From NCBI RefSeq assembly GCF_009914755.1, contig NC_060943.1: a stretch of DNA of 64,000 nucleotides; one strand, 5' to 3'. Below, in pieces: positions 1-16,340 of this stretch. The DNA is from the human T2T-CHM13v2.0 reference genome, Homo sapiens. Numbering within the stretch: the stretch's first letter is position 1; each line of letters starts with the position of its first letter. Made by a program: the position numbers and the translations under genes. Under the pieces are notes generated by a model. It was not told where the DNA came from, made no database searches, and saw nothing but the letters and a program-made list of their open reading frames with translations.

Positions 1-1200
<1,200 letters not shown>

Positions 1201-1299
1201 CCTGGCCAGGTGTGGTGGCTGACACCTGTAATCCCAACACTTTGGGAGGCCAAGGTGGGCAGATCACCTGAGGTCAGGAGTTCGAGACCATCCTGGTCA

Positions 1300-1560
<261 letters not shown>

Positions 1561-1623
1561 TCACTTGAGGCCATGCTGGGGAATGAGCGTCACGATCTTC
1601 TTTCCCATGTGTGTGCCCCACAG

Positions 1624-1794
1624 GCTGAATCAGTGCCACCTGGACACGGCTGGCTGTGGTTTTCTTGCACTTGCGCTTATGGGTAACTCATGGCTGACGC
1701 ACCTGAGCCTTAGCATGAACCCTGTGGAAGACAATGGCGTGAAGCTTCTGTGCGAGGTCATGAGAGAACCATCTTGTCATCTCCAGGACCTGGA
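1624..1794 (+). CDS. NLRP5: NLRP5 (MATER) internal LRR exon, 171 nt (4th-from-last coding exon)
   Basis: cccacag|G acceptor and GA|gtgagt donor; phase 2-2; encodes LNQCHLDTAGCGFLALALMGNSWLTHLSLSMNPVEDNGVKLLCEVMREPSCHLQDLE, an RNase-inhibitor-type LRR pair; splices in frame to the downstream exons. Confidence 0.97.
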
Positions 1795-3480
1795 GTGAGT
1801 TTCCCATGGGCGTTGGGTCAACTCTATCATACTGGGGTCTGGAGTTCCTGAAAGGTCAAGAGATAGGAGCAGGGAGACCGGAACCAAAAACTGCTTTCAG
1901 GGTGAGCTGACACTCATTTTTCCAAGGGCAATCTAGGTAAACTGAGGTGTTGACACCACGGTGAGCATGGGAAGGGCCGATGGAGCCTCATGGGAGGAAC
2001 CATGAGTTCTGAGAAGCCCTTGATACCTAAACACTGTGCATTCCTCAGAGGAAGGCATCTTGCCCTAAGTTCATCTTCAGCTATTTATCTGTATGGAGAA
2101 GGGAGAGTGCTTGTCTCTTAATCTCTTTCCCTCTGGGGCTCAAATTTCTTCACCCTTTGTTGAAATGTTTCTATTGAATAGGAATATCCCATTATTAAAC
2201 AGACTGTAGAAAAAGTAAAAGAGCTCAGTGAGCAAAAATCGATCTTCAGTCTCACAACCATGCAGTCATCCCTGTTAGTGGTTTGGATGTCTTCTGGGGT
2301 TCTCTTGTTCTAGATGCAAGCGTGCATTTGATGTTTTACAAAGAAAGGATCATAGTAGTCAGCACTTAATGCAACTTAATGCGTTCTCTTTTTTTCTTTT
2401 TGTTTGTTTGTTTATTTATTTTGAGTCTTGCTCTGTTGCCCAGGCTAGAGTGCAGTGGCATGATCTCTGCTCACTGCAACCTCCGCGTTCCAGGTTCGAG
2501 CGATTTTTCTGCCTCAGCCTCCTGAGTAGCTGGGATTACAGGCATGTGCCACCAGGCCCGGCTAATTTTTGTACTTTTAGTAGAGACGGAGTTTCACCAT
2601 ATCGGCCAGGCTGGTCTTGAACTCCTGACCTCAGGCAATCCACCCGCTTTGGCCTCCCAAAGTGCTGGGATTACAGGTGTGAGCCACTGCACCCCGCCAA
2701 GCACTTAATGCATTCTTAACATGTGGCAGGCAGAGCACTAAATATTTTCTATATCTAATCTCATGTAGTCTCACCACCCCCCATCATATCCAGTGGAGAA
2801 CTGAACTCCCAAGAAACCAAAACTTTGGCATTGGTCTCACATTGTGTCTGAGGATATGTCTATTATAATAAATGAAGTACAGTAAGGTATTCCATTGAAT
2901 GGTGTAGGCTTTAAAAATCTCCTAAAATTTAAAAATCTCCTAAAGCTGGACACGTACCTTATATCTAGTGTTTTCATCATGAGCATAAATGATTTCATTC
3001 CAAACGCTTGTATGCTTGGTAGCATTTGCTTATTCATTACAAAGGCAGAATTAATGGACCACAAGTGGGGTATCATTTTGAGATCTCTCCCTTCCCAAGA
3101 ATAAAATAAAGGACTTTGGTATGGATTCTAGTTCACAAACTTCTGAGTGCCCCCAAGTATTAATTCTACCATTTGTTTTAATTGTTTCAAGCCCTACTTC
3201 TGCGTGGTGTAGAATCTTAGTCAATTAGAGACATCATTTTTTTGAGATGGCATTTAAGTGCTGGGAGATTAACTGGATCTCTCCATCACCATTTATCCAT
3301 GCTAGCGCCAATGACTAGGTCACCCCTACCTGGTCTTCAAGGGTTGGCCCTCACAACTGCATCCGTTTTTTCTTTTGTTTGTTTTTTGCTTTGCTTTGTT
3401 TTGGTTTGGATTTTTGTGTGTTTTGTTTGGTTTTGGTGGGGTTTTGTTTTGTTTTGTTTTTGTTTCTGTTTTTGTTTTGA

Positions 3481-3699
<219 letters not shown>

Positions 3700-4043
3700 T
3701 GATCCACTCACCTTGGCCTCCCAAAGTGCTGGGATTAGAGGCGTGAGCCACTGTACCCAGCCTGCATCCCTCTTTATTCTTCACCCGATGGCTCCTGAGG
3801 ATGGACCATCCCCCTCCCCAGTGCTATCATCCTACCCTTAGCCTCCCAAGCTGAAGACAGACTTGGAGGCCGTTTCAGTCATTTCTCCTGCGATAAACCA
3901 TTCAGATGTTATTTATGGGGCCACCCACCCCATCTTCCCCATTTTTCCTAAGAATAGAAGCACAAAACTTCCCCTTTTGGATTCCAGACCTATCAGCATT
4001 TCAGTAACTTCTGTCCCCTTTTCTCTCCATCTTGGCTCTGTCA

Positions 4044-4366
<323 letters not shown>

Positions 4367-4830
4367 TCACCTGAGGTCAGGAGTTTGAGACCAGCCTTAC
4401 CAACATGGAGAAACCCCGTCTCTACTAAAAATACAAAATTAGCTGGGCACAGTGGCACGTGCCTGTAATCCCAGCTATTCGGGAGGCTGAGGAAGGGAGA
4501 ATAGCTTGAACCTGGGAGGTGGAGGTTGCAGTGAGCCGAGATCACACCATTGCACTCCAGCATGGGCAACAAGAGCAAAACTCCATCTCAAAAAAAATTA
4601 ATTAAAAAATAAAGATACCTTCAATCACACCAGACACTTTCCCCGCCTCCGCTATCATTCCTCTCTCAAGCCAACAGATACCACGTGGTCTAAGCTGTTC
4701 ACAGGAGTGGACAAAACAGTGGCCCGTCAGGAAGGAATAAAGGAAACTCCAGTTAATGCTGCTGAACCTTCTCCCGCTGTTCCACTTTCCTCGAGAGAGG
4801 CAGACTCTCTCTATTCCCCGCCTCTTGCAG

Positions 4831-5001
4831 GTTGGTAAAGTGTCATCTCACCGCCGCGTGCTGTGAGAGTCTGTCCTGTGTGATCTCGAGGAGCAGACAC
4901 CTGAAGAGCCTGGATCTCACGGACAATGCCCTGGGTGACGGTGGGGTTGCTGCACTGTGCGAGGGACTGAAGCAAAAGAACAGTGTTCTGACGAGACTCG
5001 G
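4831..5001 (+). CDS. NLRP5: NLRP5 internal LRR exon, 171 nt
   Basis: cctcttgcag|G acceptor and GG|gtaact donor; encodes [57 protein letters not shown]. Confidence 0.97.
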
Positions 5002-5419
5002 GTAACTTCCTGGGGCGCCTCTTTGCGGGCCGGGCTGGGAGGAGGTGGGGGACCCCAGCATGAGGTTGCTTGAACAGGGATGATGATGATCTGGTTTCCA
5101 TGAGTCCCTCAAGTTAGATGGAGTGCAACCTTCGCAGCGCCACAGATCTGGGTATAAGTTCTAGCTCGGCTCCTATGGATGAGACGGATGAAGTGGCAAA
5201 TGCTTGGGAACAAGGTCTGGAGGTAGAAAACCCTCAACTGCCGATTGAACGACCCCTGCGTGCTAGTCCTGGTGCTAAATGGTGGAAGTATGGAAGTGAA
5301 AAGACCTTTGTGTTGTAGTGTGAACAGTCTAGAGACAAAGACGGGCAGAAAGCAAGTGATTACCTGAGTGGTCCTTAAAACTTCAGTGAGCATCAGAGCC
5401 AGCCAGGGGCTTAAGACAG

Positions 5420-6065
<646 letters not shown>

Positions 6066-6696
6066 GTGAGCACTGACCATGCACTAGTCTTGTATGTGTG
6101 CTGCTTATAACCCTCCATGGCACTAGGGGAGGTCACATTCCTATTGTGTTGAGTAAGAGGCTTTAATCTGGGCACCCCTCCCCTTTTTTTTTTTTTTTTT
6201 TTTTGAGACAGAGTCTTACTCTGTCACCCAGGCTGGAGTGCAGTGGCACAATCTCGGCTCCCTGGAATCTCCGCCTTCCGAGTTCAAGCCTCAGCCTCCC
6301 GAGTAGCTGGGACTACAGGTGCCTGCCACCATGCCCGGCTACTTTTTTTTGTATGTTTAGCAGAGACAGGGTTTCACCGTGTTAGCCAGGCTGCTTTTAA
6401 ACTTCTGACCTCAAGTGATCCGCCGGCCTCAGCCTCCCAAAGTGCTGGGATGACAGGCGTGAGCCACCGCGCCTGGCCGGGACCCTTTTCCTTCTTGAAG
6501 TCACACATTGTTCTTCAAGCTCATCACACCTTGGTTCTCTGTCCCCTCAGCTTCTTTCTACATGGTCATGTCCCTTCTTTAGTTCCTCTTCGATCTAGCT
6601 TTGTGTTTTATTTTTATGATTTTATTAAACTTTATCTTATTTCTTATTAAATCAAGGCTTACTTATCTTACTATAATACCATCACTCATCTTTTAG

Positions 6697-6946
<250 letters not shown>

Positions 6947-7646
6947 TAGCCAGGATGGTCTCAATCTCCTGACCTCATGATCTGCCCGCCTTGGCCTCCC
7001 AAAGTGCTGGGATTACAGGCATAAGCCACCGCGCCTGGCCTGTTTTTCTGTCTTCTAAATGCAGTGTCTCCCTTAGCCTTCTGTTCTGGGGTGTGTCCAC
7101 CTACAAACACTCCAAGCTTCACTGAACCGCACTCTCCACTCTCTCTGCTCTTTGGTAGCTGAGAATCACAGGATCAAAACAGGCAATGGCGAGTTGCTGT
7201 TGTGTGCAGTCAGGGATCATGGATGTAAATTTGTTTTCCCAGCATTAGTTGTCTGGTCCACTCGTTTTCCCCACCACCTGAGTCAATTTCACAACAATTC
7301 ATTCCCTGGAGACATGCGCACCTACCTTGTTCTACTGGGTGCTTCACAAATAACTCCTACCCCTTCAAATAATATAAAATCATTTACTAGGAAAGCCCTA
7401 AATCTTCTATCAAGAAGCCAACTATGATCTGCACCAGTACACACTTCCTCCTGTAACAATAAAGAAAGCATGGCCGGGTGTGGTGGCTCATGACTGTCAT
7501 CCTAGCACTATGGGAGGCTGAGGGGGGTGGATCACCTGAGGTCAAGAGTTCGAGACCAGTGTGCCAACATAGGAAAACCCCATCTCTACTAAAAATATAA
7601 AAGTTAGCCGGGCTTGGTGGCGTACGCCTGTAATCCCAGCTACTCA

Positions 7647-7745
<99 letters not shown>

Positions 7746-8803
7746 CTATTTCTAAAAAACAAAAGCATCCCTGCGGTAGTTAATTTAACCCATGTTAATC
7801 AGAGGTTAGTTTCCTCCACGATGGGAATCCCACAATCATCCGTGTGCAGCACCTTATACCATCACTGATTTACCTCTCCCTTGCCTCTATCCTCAGCCTC
7901 CCTACTGGATGTTTTGTCTTTATAAATGCTTAGATATTATTTTAGAAGCAAAATGAAAAATAAGCATTCAATCTTATCTCACCATCTCGCCATAGGTGGC
8001 TAAAACAACTTGAGCTGCATCTCATTAACTTTTTATTCTATCATAAGAATTCCAGCCGGGTGCGGTGGTGCACGCCTGTAATCCCAGCACTTTGGGAGGC
8101 TGAGGCCAGTGGATCACTTGAGGTCAGGAGTTCGAGACCAGACTGGCCAACATGATGAAACCCCGTCTATACTAAAAATACAAAAATTAGGTATGGTGGC
8201 AGGCGCCTGTAATCCCAGCTACTCAGGAGGCTGAGTCAGGAGAATCACTTGAACTGGGGAGGTGGAGGTCGCAGTGAGTCGAGCTCGTGCCACCACACCC
8301 CAGCCTCAGCGATAGAGCAAGACTCAGTCTGTGCATTTTGGATTTTTTCTTTTTCAATCTAGAATGATTAGGACATGTAAAACCTATATACCCACCACCT
8401 AATTTAAACAATCATTAGTATTTTAGTATATCTGGTGAACTATTTCAGAGCAGCTTACGGATTTTGACATCCACCCCAAAATAACCAGCGTGCTCCCTTC
8501 AAAATAGAACACGCCTATAAAATGCCATTATTATATTCAATGAGGTCCCTTGGCTTTCTGTTGCTCTTAAGATGAAATTCTAAACCCTTAGTATGACCTA
8601 GGTGCCCAGCCTCCGCTCTCACCACTGTCTGGGACTCTTTTCTAGCCATCTAGTCATCTTTGTTTCTCAAATGTGTCTCCTTTCCGCAAGCACAGTGTAC
8701 AGGTGATTTTTTTATATCAATGCATATGTCAATATGTCCTTCCGCCTTCTCACCTTTCTTCAGGTGCAGTGTTGCTTTCTCTGCAGGTCTGTGTTCCTTG
8801 TTA

Positions 8804-9073
<270 letters not shown>

Positions 9074-9436
9074 TTAGCCAGGCATGGTGGCACGTGCCCA
9101 TAATCCCAGCTACTCCGGAGGCTAAGGCAGGAGTATCGCTTGAATCCCAGAGGTAGAAGGTTGCAGTGAGCCAAGATTGTGCTACTGCACTCCAGTCTGG
9201 GCAACAAGAGTGAAATGCTATCTCAAAAAAAAAAAAAAAAAGGCGAATATTTGGGTCTTTCATCAGAACAACTAAACCAGAAACTGGGAGGCAGAGCCCA
9301 CCAGTTTCATTTTTTGTTTGTTTTTGTTTTGTTTTGTTTTCCCAAAGAAAAAGTATCAAGGTGAAATTCATACGGGTTGAATGAAGGGTCCATCATCGAT
9401 CTTTGGGGTTATTTTCTGGGTGTCCTGACCCTGCAG

Positions 9437-9607
9437 GTTGAAGGCATGTGGACTGACTTCTGATTGCTGTGAGGCACTCTCCTTGGCCCTTTCCTGCAAC
9501 CGGCATCTGACCAGTCTAAACCTGGTGCAGAATAACTTCAGTCCCAAAGGAATGATGAAGCTGTGTTCGGCCTTTGCCTGTCCCACGTCTAACTTACAGA
9601 TAATTGG
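9437..9607 (+). CDS. NLRP5: NLRP5 penultimate LRR exon, 171 nt
   Basis: ccctgcag|G acceptor and GG|gtaagt donor; encodes [57 protein letters not shown]. Confidence 0.97.
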
Positions 9608-9859
9608 GTAAGTCGCCAGCAATTGTCTTCTGAGATACAGACCTGCTTCTGTTCCAGGCTTGTTAGCTGGTGGAGAAGCAGTTTATGGGAAAAGTTGACG
9701 TCATACCTTGGGAGCCACATTTTACTCCATTGGTGAGTGCCCACTACGTTCTGAGTACCATGCTGGATGCTGGAGATACAGGAATATGGGAGATAGAGGC
9801 CAGGTGCCTGATATCATGGAGTTCACTTCTGGGTAGGTTGGGAAGGGCACAGAAAGAAC

Positions 9860-10375
9860 GTTATAAATGTTTATGCTGAAAAAACTAGAATTGCTATATG
9901 ATCCAGCAATCTTACTTCTGAGTATGTTACCCAAAAGAATTAAAAGGAAGATCTCAGATTTCACACCCATGTTCATAGTGGCATAATGCACAATAATAGC
10001 CAAGAGGTGGAAGTAACCCAGGCGCTCATGGATGAAAGGATAAGCAGAATGTGGTGTATACCAACAATGGAATTGTATTCAGTCTCAAAAAGAAAATTCT
10101 GACACATGCTACATGATGGAATCTTGACATGCCGAGTGGAATAAGCCAGTCCTAAAAAGACAAATACTGTAGGATTCTACCTCGAAGAGGTACTTATAAG
10201 AGTGAAATTCATAGAGACAGAATGGTGATTTCCAAAGGATTGGGGTGAGGGGTTGGGGAGTTGTGTAATAGGTGCAGAGTTTTAGTTTTGCAAGATGAAG
10301 AATTCTGGCGATAGATGGTTGTGGTGATGCTTGCACAGCCGTGTGAATGTAGTTAACAGCACTGAACAATTCACC
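9860..10375 (+). mobile_element. L1MA/MB 3' fragment
   Basis: gatccagcaatc...cacacccatgttcatagtggca...gccaagaggtggaagtaaccca...aaattcatagagacagaa. Confidence 0.8.
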
Positions 10376-11556
10376 TAGCAGGAAGTTTCTTCAGTAGCTC
10401 ACACACATCATTTCAGCTTCCCCTCTCATTCAGTCCTTGTACAAGTCTGGAGGGCTGAGTTGATGGAGTTCACAGAAGTTCTTCAGGACCATCTCTTAAG
10501 ACTAGAAGTTTCTTTCATGACAAAGTGGCAGTTCACTGATGTCTTCAGTGTTTAGTGGTAGAAAAAGCATTTGTCATTTAGGAGCTCATATCCGTAGACT
10601 AACAGGAGTTCAGAGACTTCCCTGAGCATGAAGGAACACAGTTGTACTTGAAGGGAGTAAAATCTTGACCAGAGAAATGTACAGCTGGCAGCATTGATAG
10701 CCCATTTGAGGTTGGTTGTGGTATATTTATTTTATTTTAAGTTTTTTGAGATGGAGTCTCACTCTGTTGCCTCCAGGCTGGAGTGCAGGGGTGCAATCTT
10801 AGCTCACTGCAACCTCCGTCTCGCAGGTTCAAGCAATTCTGCTGCCTCAGCCTCCTGAGTGGCTGGGATTATAGGTACGTGCCACCACGCCCAGCTAATT
10901 TTTACATTTTTAGTAGAGAAGAGTTTTCACCAGGCTGGTCTCAAATTCCTGACCTCATATGATCCACCAGCTTCAGCCTCCCAAAGTGCTGGATGACAGG
11001 CATGAGCCACCACGCCCGACTTCCTTGTGGTATATTTATATCAATAGAAAATTTCTCAGTTGAGTAACTGTTTTCTCCAGTATGGTCCAGCTGATGGCAG
11101 TTGAGTTTATCCAGGGTTCAAGTTATGGCACATGGGTATAACCAGGAAGAAGTCAAGAGTGGCTGTGGTAGACCCTGGAATCATAGGAGGAAGGTGAAGA
11201 CAGGATGAGGAAGGTGAATTGAGAAACATGGCTCAATGAATCTGGGAGTCTTGGTTTGGTCAGGACTGTTACAGTGACAAAATGAGCTGAAAAGGTGGAG
11301 TGCTGTTGAAAGAATGTGTTTATATCCTTGATTTATGAGGCACTATAGCCATTGACAAGATCAGTGGTGACTATGGGCCTTAATAGTTGAAGTAGGATAG
11401 AAGTCAGACCTGGATTTACTGATTGACCTATTATGGGTCTATTTCCCCATCTGTGAAATGGGGGCGGTGCTATGTATCTATTTAAATATGTTTATTTCTC
11501 CTCTAGTAGACTATAAGCTTGGTAAGGGTGGGAAATTTGCCTTGTCCATCCCTATA

Positions 11557-11759
11557 TGGGAAGTCCTCATTTAATGTCATTGATACATTCTTAGAAACTG
11601 TGACTTTAAGCAAAACGACATATAATGAAACCAATGTTTTCTCGTTGTTATAGCAATGACTCTGAAGAAAATGACGTTCTTCGAGAATCTGCTCTAGTAG
11701 TTTTGCTTAAAGTCACTGTTTCCAAGAACCTATCAATGACATTAAGGGAGAACTTACTG
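11557..11759 (-). mobile_element. TcMar-Tigger MITE (MER6-family), long terminal inverted repeats, TA TSD
   Basis: gtcattgatacattcttagaaactgtgactttaagcaaaacgac (11576-11619) is the near reverse complement of gtagttttgcttaaagtcactgtttccaagaacctatcaatgac (11697-11740); TA flanks at 11555-56 and 11760-61. Confidence 0.85.
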
Positions 11760-11830
11760 TACCTCCCCAAACCCTATAACACGACCCGGCACAGAGACTC
11801 TGAGGAAGGAATTCATGGATGGACTGAAAG
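11654..11830 (+). other. Candidate in-frame 177-nt NLRP5 cassette exon (MITE-derived)
   Basis: ttttctcgttgttatag|C acceptor and AAG|gtcatg donor; 59 codons with no stop; phase 2-2 like the flanking exons. Confidence 0.3.
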
Positions 11831-11963
11831 GTCATGCCTGCATCTTAGGACTGTTAGGACTGTTGTAAGGAACAGATGCCTTTAAAAGCTCAGCATAGTA
11901 TCTGACATATCCAAGTTTTTTTACATGCAGAGAATTACTTTTATTCTATAGGGAACATGCTAC

Positions 11964-12480
11964 TGTTATCAAGCAAAAGTGGCTCACTGCCTGATGTGCT
12001 AGAGGCCAATACTGTGACACTGGAGATTTGTCGGGGGAAAAAAGCCCTATATTGCAGGTCAACTCACAAGGAGACAGGAGTCAAGCTCAAATCTGTCTCC
12101 CCATGCTGGCTTCAAGGCAGCATTATTATTAGAAAAGGTTCAGGGAGTAGATCTTGAGATTAGTAGGTGATTGGAAGAAAAGAGGAGATCTAGAAAGTCA
12201 CTGGGCATGCATAATTATCTATTCATGCTACATCATGGGTTGCATGTGCCAATTTAGGGAGAGTTAGTATAAAACATGGTGGAAATTCAGGCTGTGACAT
12301 CAGCAAGCTCATTCTGTGCAAACTCCAGTCTGCCATACTTTTTCTAACCGATTTCAGCCAGTTCTTTCATAAGTGGAGGGGGAGTCTCCATGTTTCAGCA
12401 AGCTGTTTCTTTTCTTGTCTGCCATCCTACAAACTCAATAATTTGTTAGTCATTGGTTTAACTCTTTGGGGCACGTTCCT
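11964..12480 (-). mobile_element. ERV1-class (MER4-group) solo LTR, antisense in last NLRP5 intron
   Basis: Begins tgttatc; contains gaggccaatactgtgacac and ggagtcaagctcaaatctgtctccc, typical of this LTR group. Confidence 0.6.
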
Positions 12481-12592
12481 TAAGAGTACAAGAAAAGGTT
12501 TGAGATCCTTGATGAGGCTACCAGGAATTTTGAAGAAGGGAGAAGAGTCGAAAGCAACATCTCAGTAACGAGTCCTCTCTCTGCCTCCCCAG

Positions 12593-12725
12593 GCTGTGGA
12601 AATGGCAGTACCCTGTGCAAATAAGGAAGCTGCTGGAGGAAGTGCAGCTACTCAAGCCCCGAGTCGTAATTGACGGTAGTTGGCATTCTTTTGATGAAGA
12701 TGACCGGTACTGGTGGAAAAACTGA
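12593..12725 (+). CDS. NLRP5: NLRP5 terminal coding exon
   Basis: ctctctctgcctccccag|G acceptor; encodes [43 protein letters not shown], with TGA at 12723-12725; matches the NLRP5 C-terminus as I recall it. Confidence 0.97.
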
Positions 12726-12979
12726 AGATACGGAAACCTGCCCCACTCACACCCATCTGATGGAGGAACTTTAAACGCTGTTTTCTCAGAGCAAGCTATG
12801 CACCTGGGAGTTCCTTCTCAAAGATGGAGAATGATTTCTGATTCTCACAAAGCCCTCAATGGTAGTGATTCTTCTGTGTTCACTCTACGTTGGTTACTGG
12901 ATTTGAAGGCTAGAGACCTTCAAGTCATAGGACTCAGTATCTGTGAAATGTCCGTCATATCTCAGAGCATATAGAGGGA

Positions 12980-12989
12980 ATTAAATAAA
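12980..12989 (+). terminator. NLRP5: NLRP5 polyadenylation signal (overlapping ATTAAA/AATAAA)
   Basis: attaaataaa ~260 nt after the stop, followed by a GT/T-rich downstream element (gttgtcaagtggttttctt); cleavage expected at ~13005-13010. Confidence 0.85.
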
Positions 12990-13048
12990 CACAAAGCATT
13001 TGGAAAAGTTGTCAAGTGGTTTTCTTAACTAGTGGAGATATGGTTTAG

Positions 13049-13430
<382 letters not shown>

Positions 13431-14077
13431 TGAGCCACCGCACCTGGCCAACTACTAGTTTTTTAAAGCACATACCTGAATACCAAAGGATGGTGTTACT
13501 GTCACTCAATATCTGAACTATAAACATAAAGCCGAATTTATTCCTTAGTGTAATGAAAAGCTGGTCTACCACAGTATCTCTGAGTAGAGCAGACTTCTGA
13601 TCTTTGTGGGGAGGAATTTGGGGAGGTACAGAATGAGGCTAAACCTTGAAGGTGTAAGTTGGCCTGTGGTTACTCAGGTGAGGCTGATTGGTAGAGGTGT
13701 GTTCATCAGAGTGCATCCCTTCTGACTGGCTGAATTTCCAATGCAAAGGGCAGCTGTTGATTGGCTTGCAAAAGCATGTTCACTGAGGTAAGTTGTCTTG
13801 GATCCATTTAATGGATTTAAACCTGTCTAGGTAGCTACTTATTACCATGGCTACAGAACCATCAGTCTATTCCTAGAAGAATGGAAAACTCTTACATTCT
13901 TACCAAAATATACTTCTTATGATTTCTTGTATTTATTTCTCTCATCCATGATGACGATGATGAATGATGATAATCTAACACAGCCCTGTATACCATGCCC
14001 TGTCCTAAGCAGTATGAATTAACTTATTTGGTCTTTACAACACCTTAGAGGTAAGTATATTTTTTGCTTCCATCTTA

Positions 14078-14440
<363 letters not shown>

Positions 14441-15047
14441 TCAGACCCAGGAAATCCATTTCTGGAGTTCATTCTACTCATTGAAATGTTGCCTCTACCA
14501 TACAACCACCTTCCACGAGCCATTCACTGTACTGTGTGTAAACCTCTAACTCCAGCAGCCCCTTTCAAACCGGGGGAATGTTCTAGCATCATTCCCTGTC
14601 AGCGTATATTAGACAGGGGCTGGCATGCCCCCTTTTCTGCTCCCATTGCAATGGAGCTAATAAAGTTTATATCAGATATAGGAGGAACGTCAACTCTGCA
14701 GTTTATTTGTGGTTATAGTATTAGCATTATCTTCAACCTATGGTTTCTTTGCAGGAATACTTTTTAAATACTTGTGTGTTCTGGGAGTGTTTGTTTATAA
14801 AATACTTGGACATTGGACCAATGTGATAGGGTTTACGAGGTGAATGGGTGAAGTAGTGGGGGAAAAGCCCTTCCGAATCAGAGTATCTGTCTTCAGGATA
14901 CCTCTTCTCCCACATGGGACACAGGCCCATCTAACATAAAGACAGGGCAAGGAGGCCGGGTGCAGTGGCTCACGCCTGTAATCCCAGCACTTGGGGAGGC
15001 TGAGGTGGGCAGATCACGAGGTCAGGAGATTGAGACCATCCTGGCTA

Positions 15048-15305
<258 letters not shown>

Positions 15306-15821
15306 TTAGTCTTGTTAAAGATCTATCACCTTGTATATAGCTAAAAATACACAATGCCCTCCTGTGTCCAGTGCATTATCTTGAGCACTGCTGCCTACCC
15401 CACCCCCAACAGTTACAAATATCCCACTTTGTAAAGTTACAGCCAAAGGGAAGGTCAAAGGGAAAAGCCAAGTTTAGAAACAATATTTTTATTTTTTAGA
15501 AACATCTCATTATCTTGCCCAGGCTAGTCTTGAACTCTTGGGCTCAAGTGATCCTCCTGCCTCAGCCTCCCAAAGTTCTGCAATTACAGGTGTGAGCCAC
15601 TGTGCCCAGCTTCAAGTTTTTTATGCTGACCTGTGTTCAAATTCTGGCTGTTTCGAATGATTTTTATGACACTATACAAATGTCAACCTCCATGGGCTTT
15701 TGATTTCTTATCTGTAAAGTAGGAAAAATTGTACTTACCCTATAGAATCAAGAAGAGATGAATCTCTGTAAATCAGCTGTAGAAGTGGCTGGAACATTCA
15801 CTCCACCAATATTTACCTACT

Positions 15822-16340
15822 TGTATTAGTTGTTTGTTGCTGTTTACAACATTACCACAAACTCGGCAGTTAAAACACGTGATCTCGGTGTTTGAGTCCA
15901 GATATGACTCAGCTGGATCCTCTGTCTCAGGGTCTCACAAGGCTGCGATGAAGGTGTTGACCAGGGCTGTGGTCTCATCTGAGACCCAACCGGGACAAGG
16001 ACCTCTTCCAAGTTCATGCGGGTCCCAGGAACATCCATTTTCAGGCTGCTGGACTGAGGGCCTTGGTTTCTTGACTGTCAGCCCCAGGCCATCCCCAGCT
16101 CTTTTCTGCTTGGCCGTCTCCATATGGCAGATTGGATCTTCAAAGCCAGCAAAACAGTCACTCAGCAAGACAGACTTACAATCTCATGGCATCACAGAAG
16201 TCAGATCCCATCAACCCTGCCACATTCCGTTTGGATAGAAGTAAGTCACAAGCCCCTCCCACACTTGAGGGAAGGGGATCTGGCAAGATGGGAACACCAG
16301 GATGAGGATCATGAAACCGCCTAGAATCTGATGCACTACT
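15822..16340 (-). mobile_element. MaLR LTR (MLT1D-like)
   Basis: tgtattagtt...ttaccacaaact...tcagggtctcacaaggctgc...gggctgtggtctcatctgag. Confidence 0.75.

Noticed and set aside
1565-1623. Upstream extension of the ORF covering the first NLRP5 exon
   Set aside because: Intronic; the acceptor at 1622-1623 defines the 171-nt exon
2910-2945. Short ~19-bp tandem duplication tttaaaaatctcctaaa
   Set aside because: Ordinary slippage duplication with no sign of function
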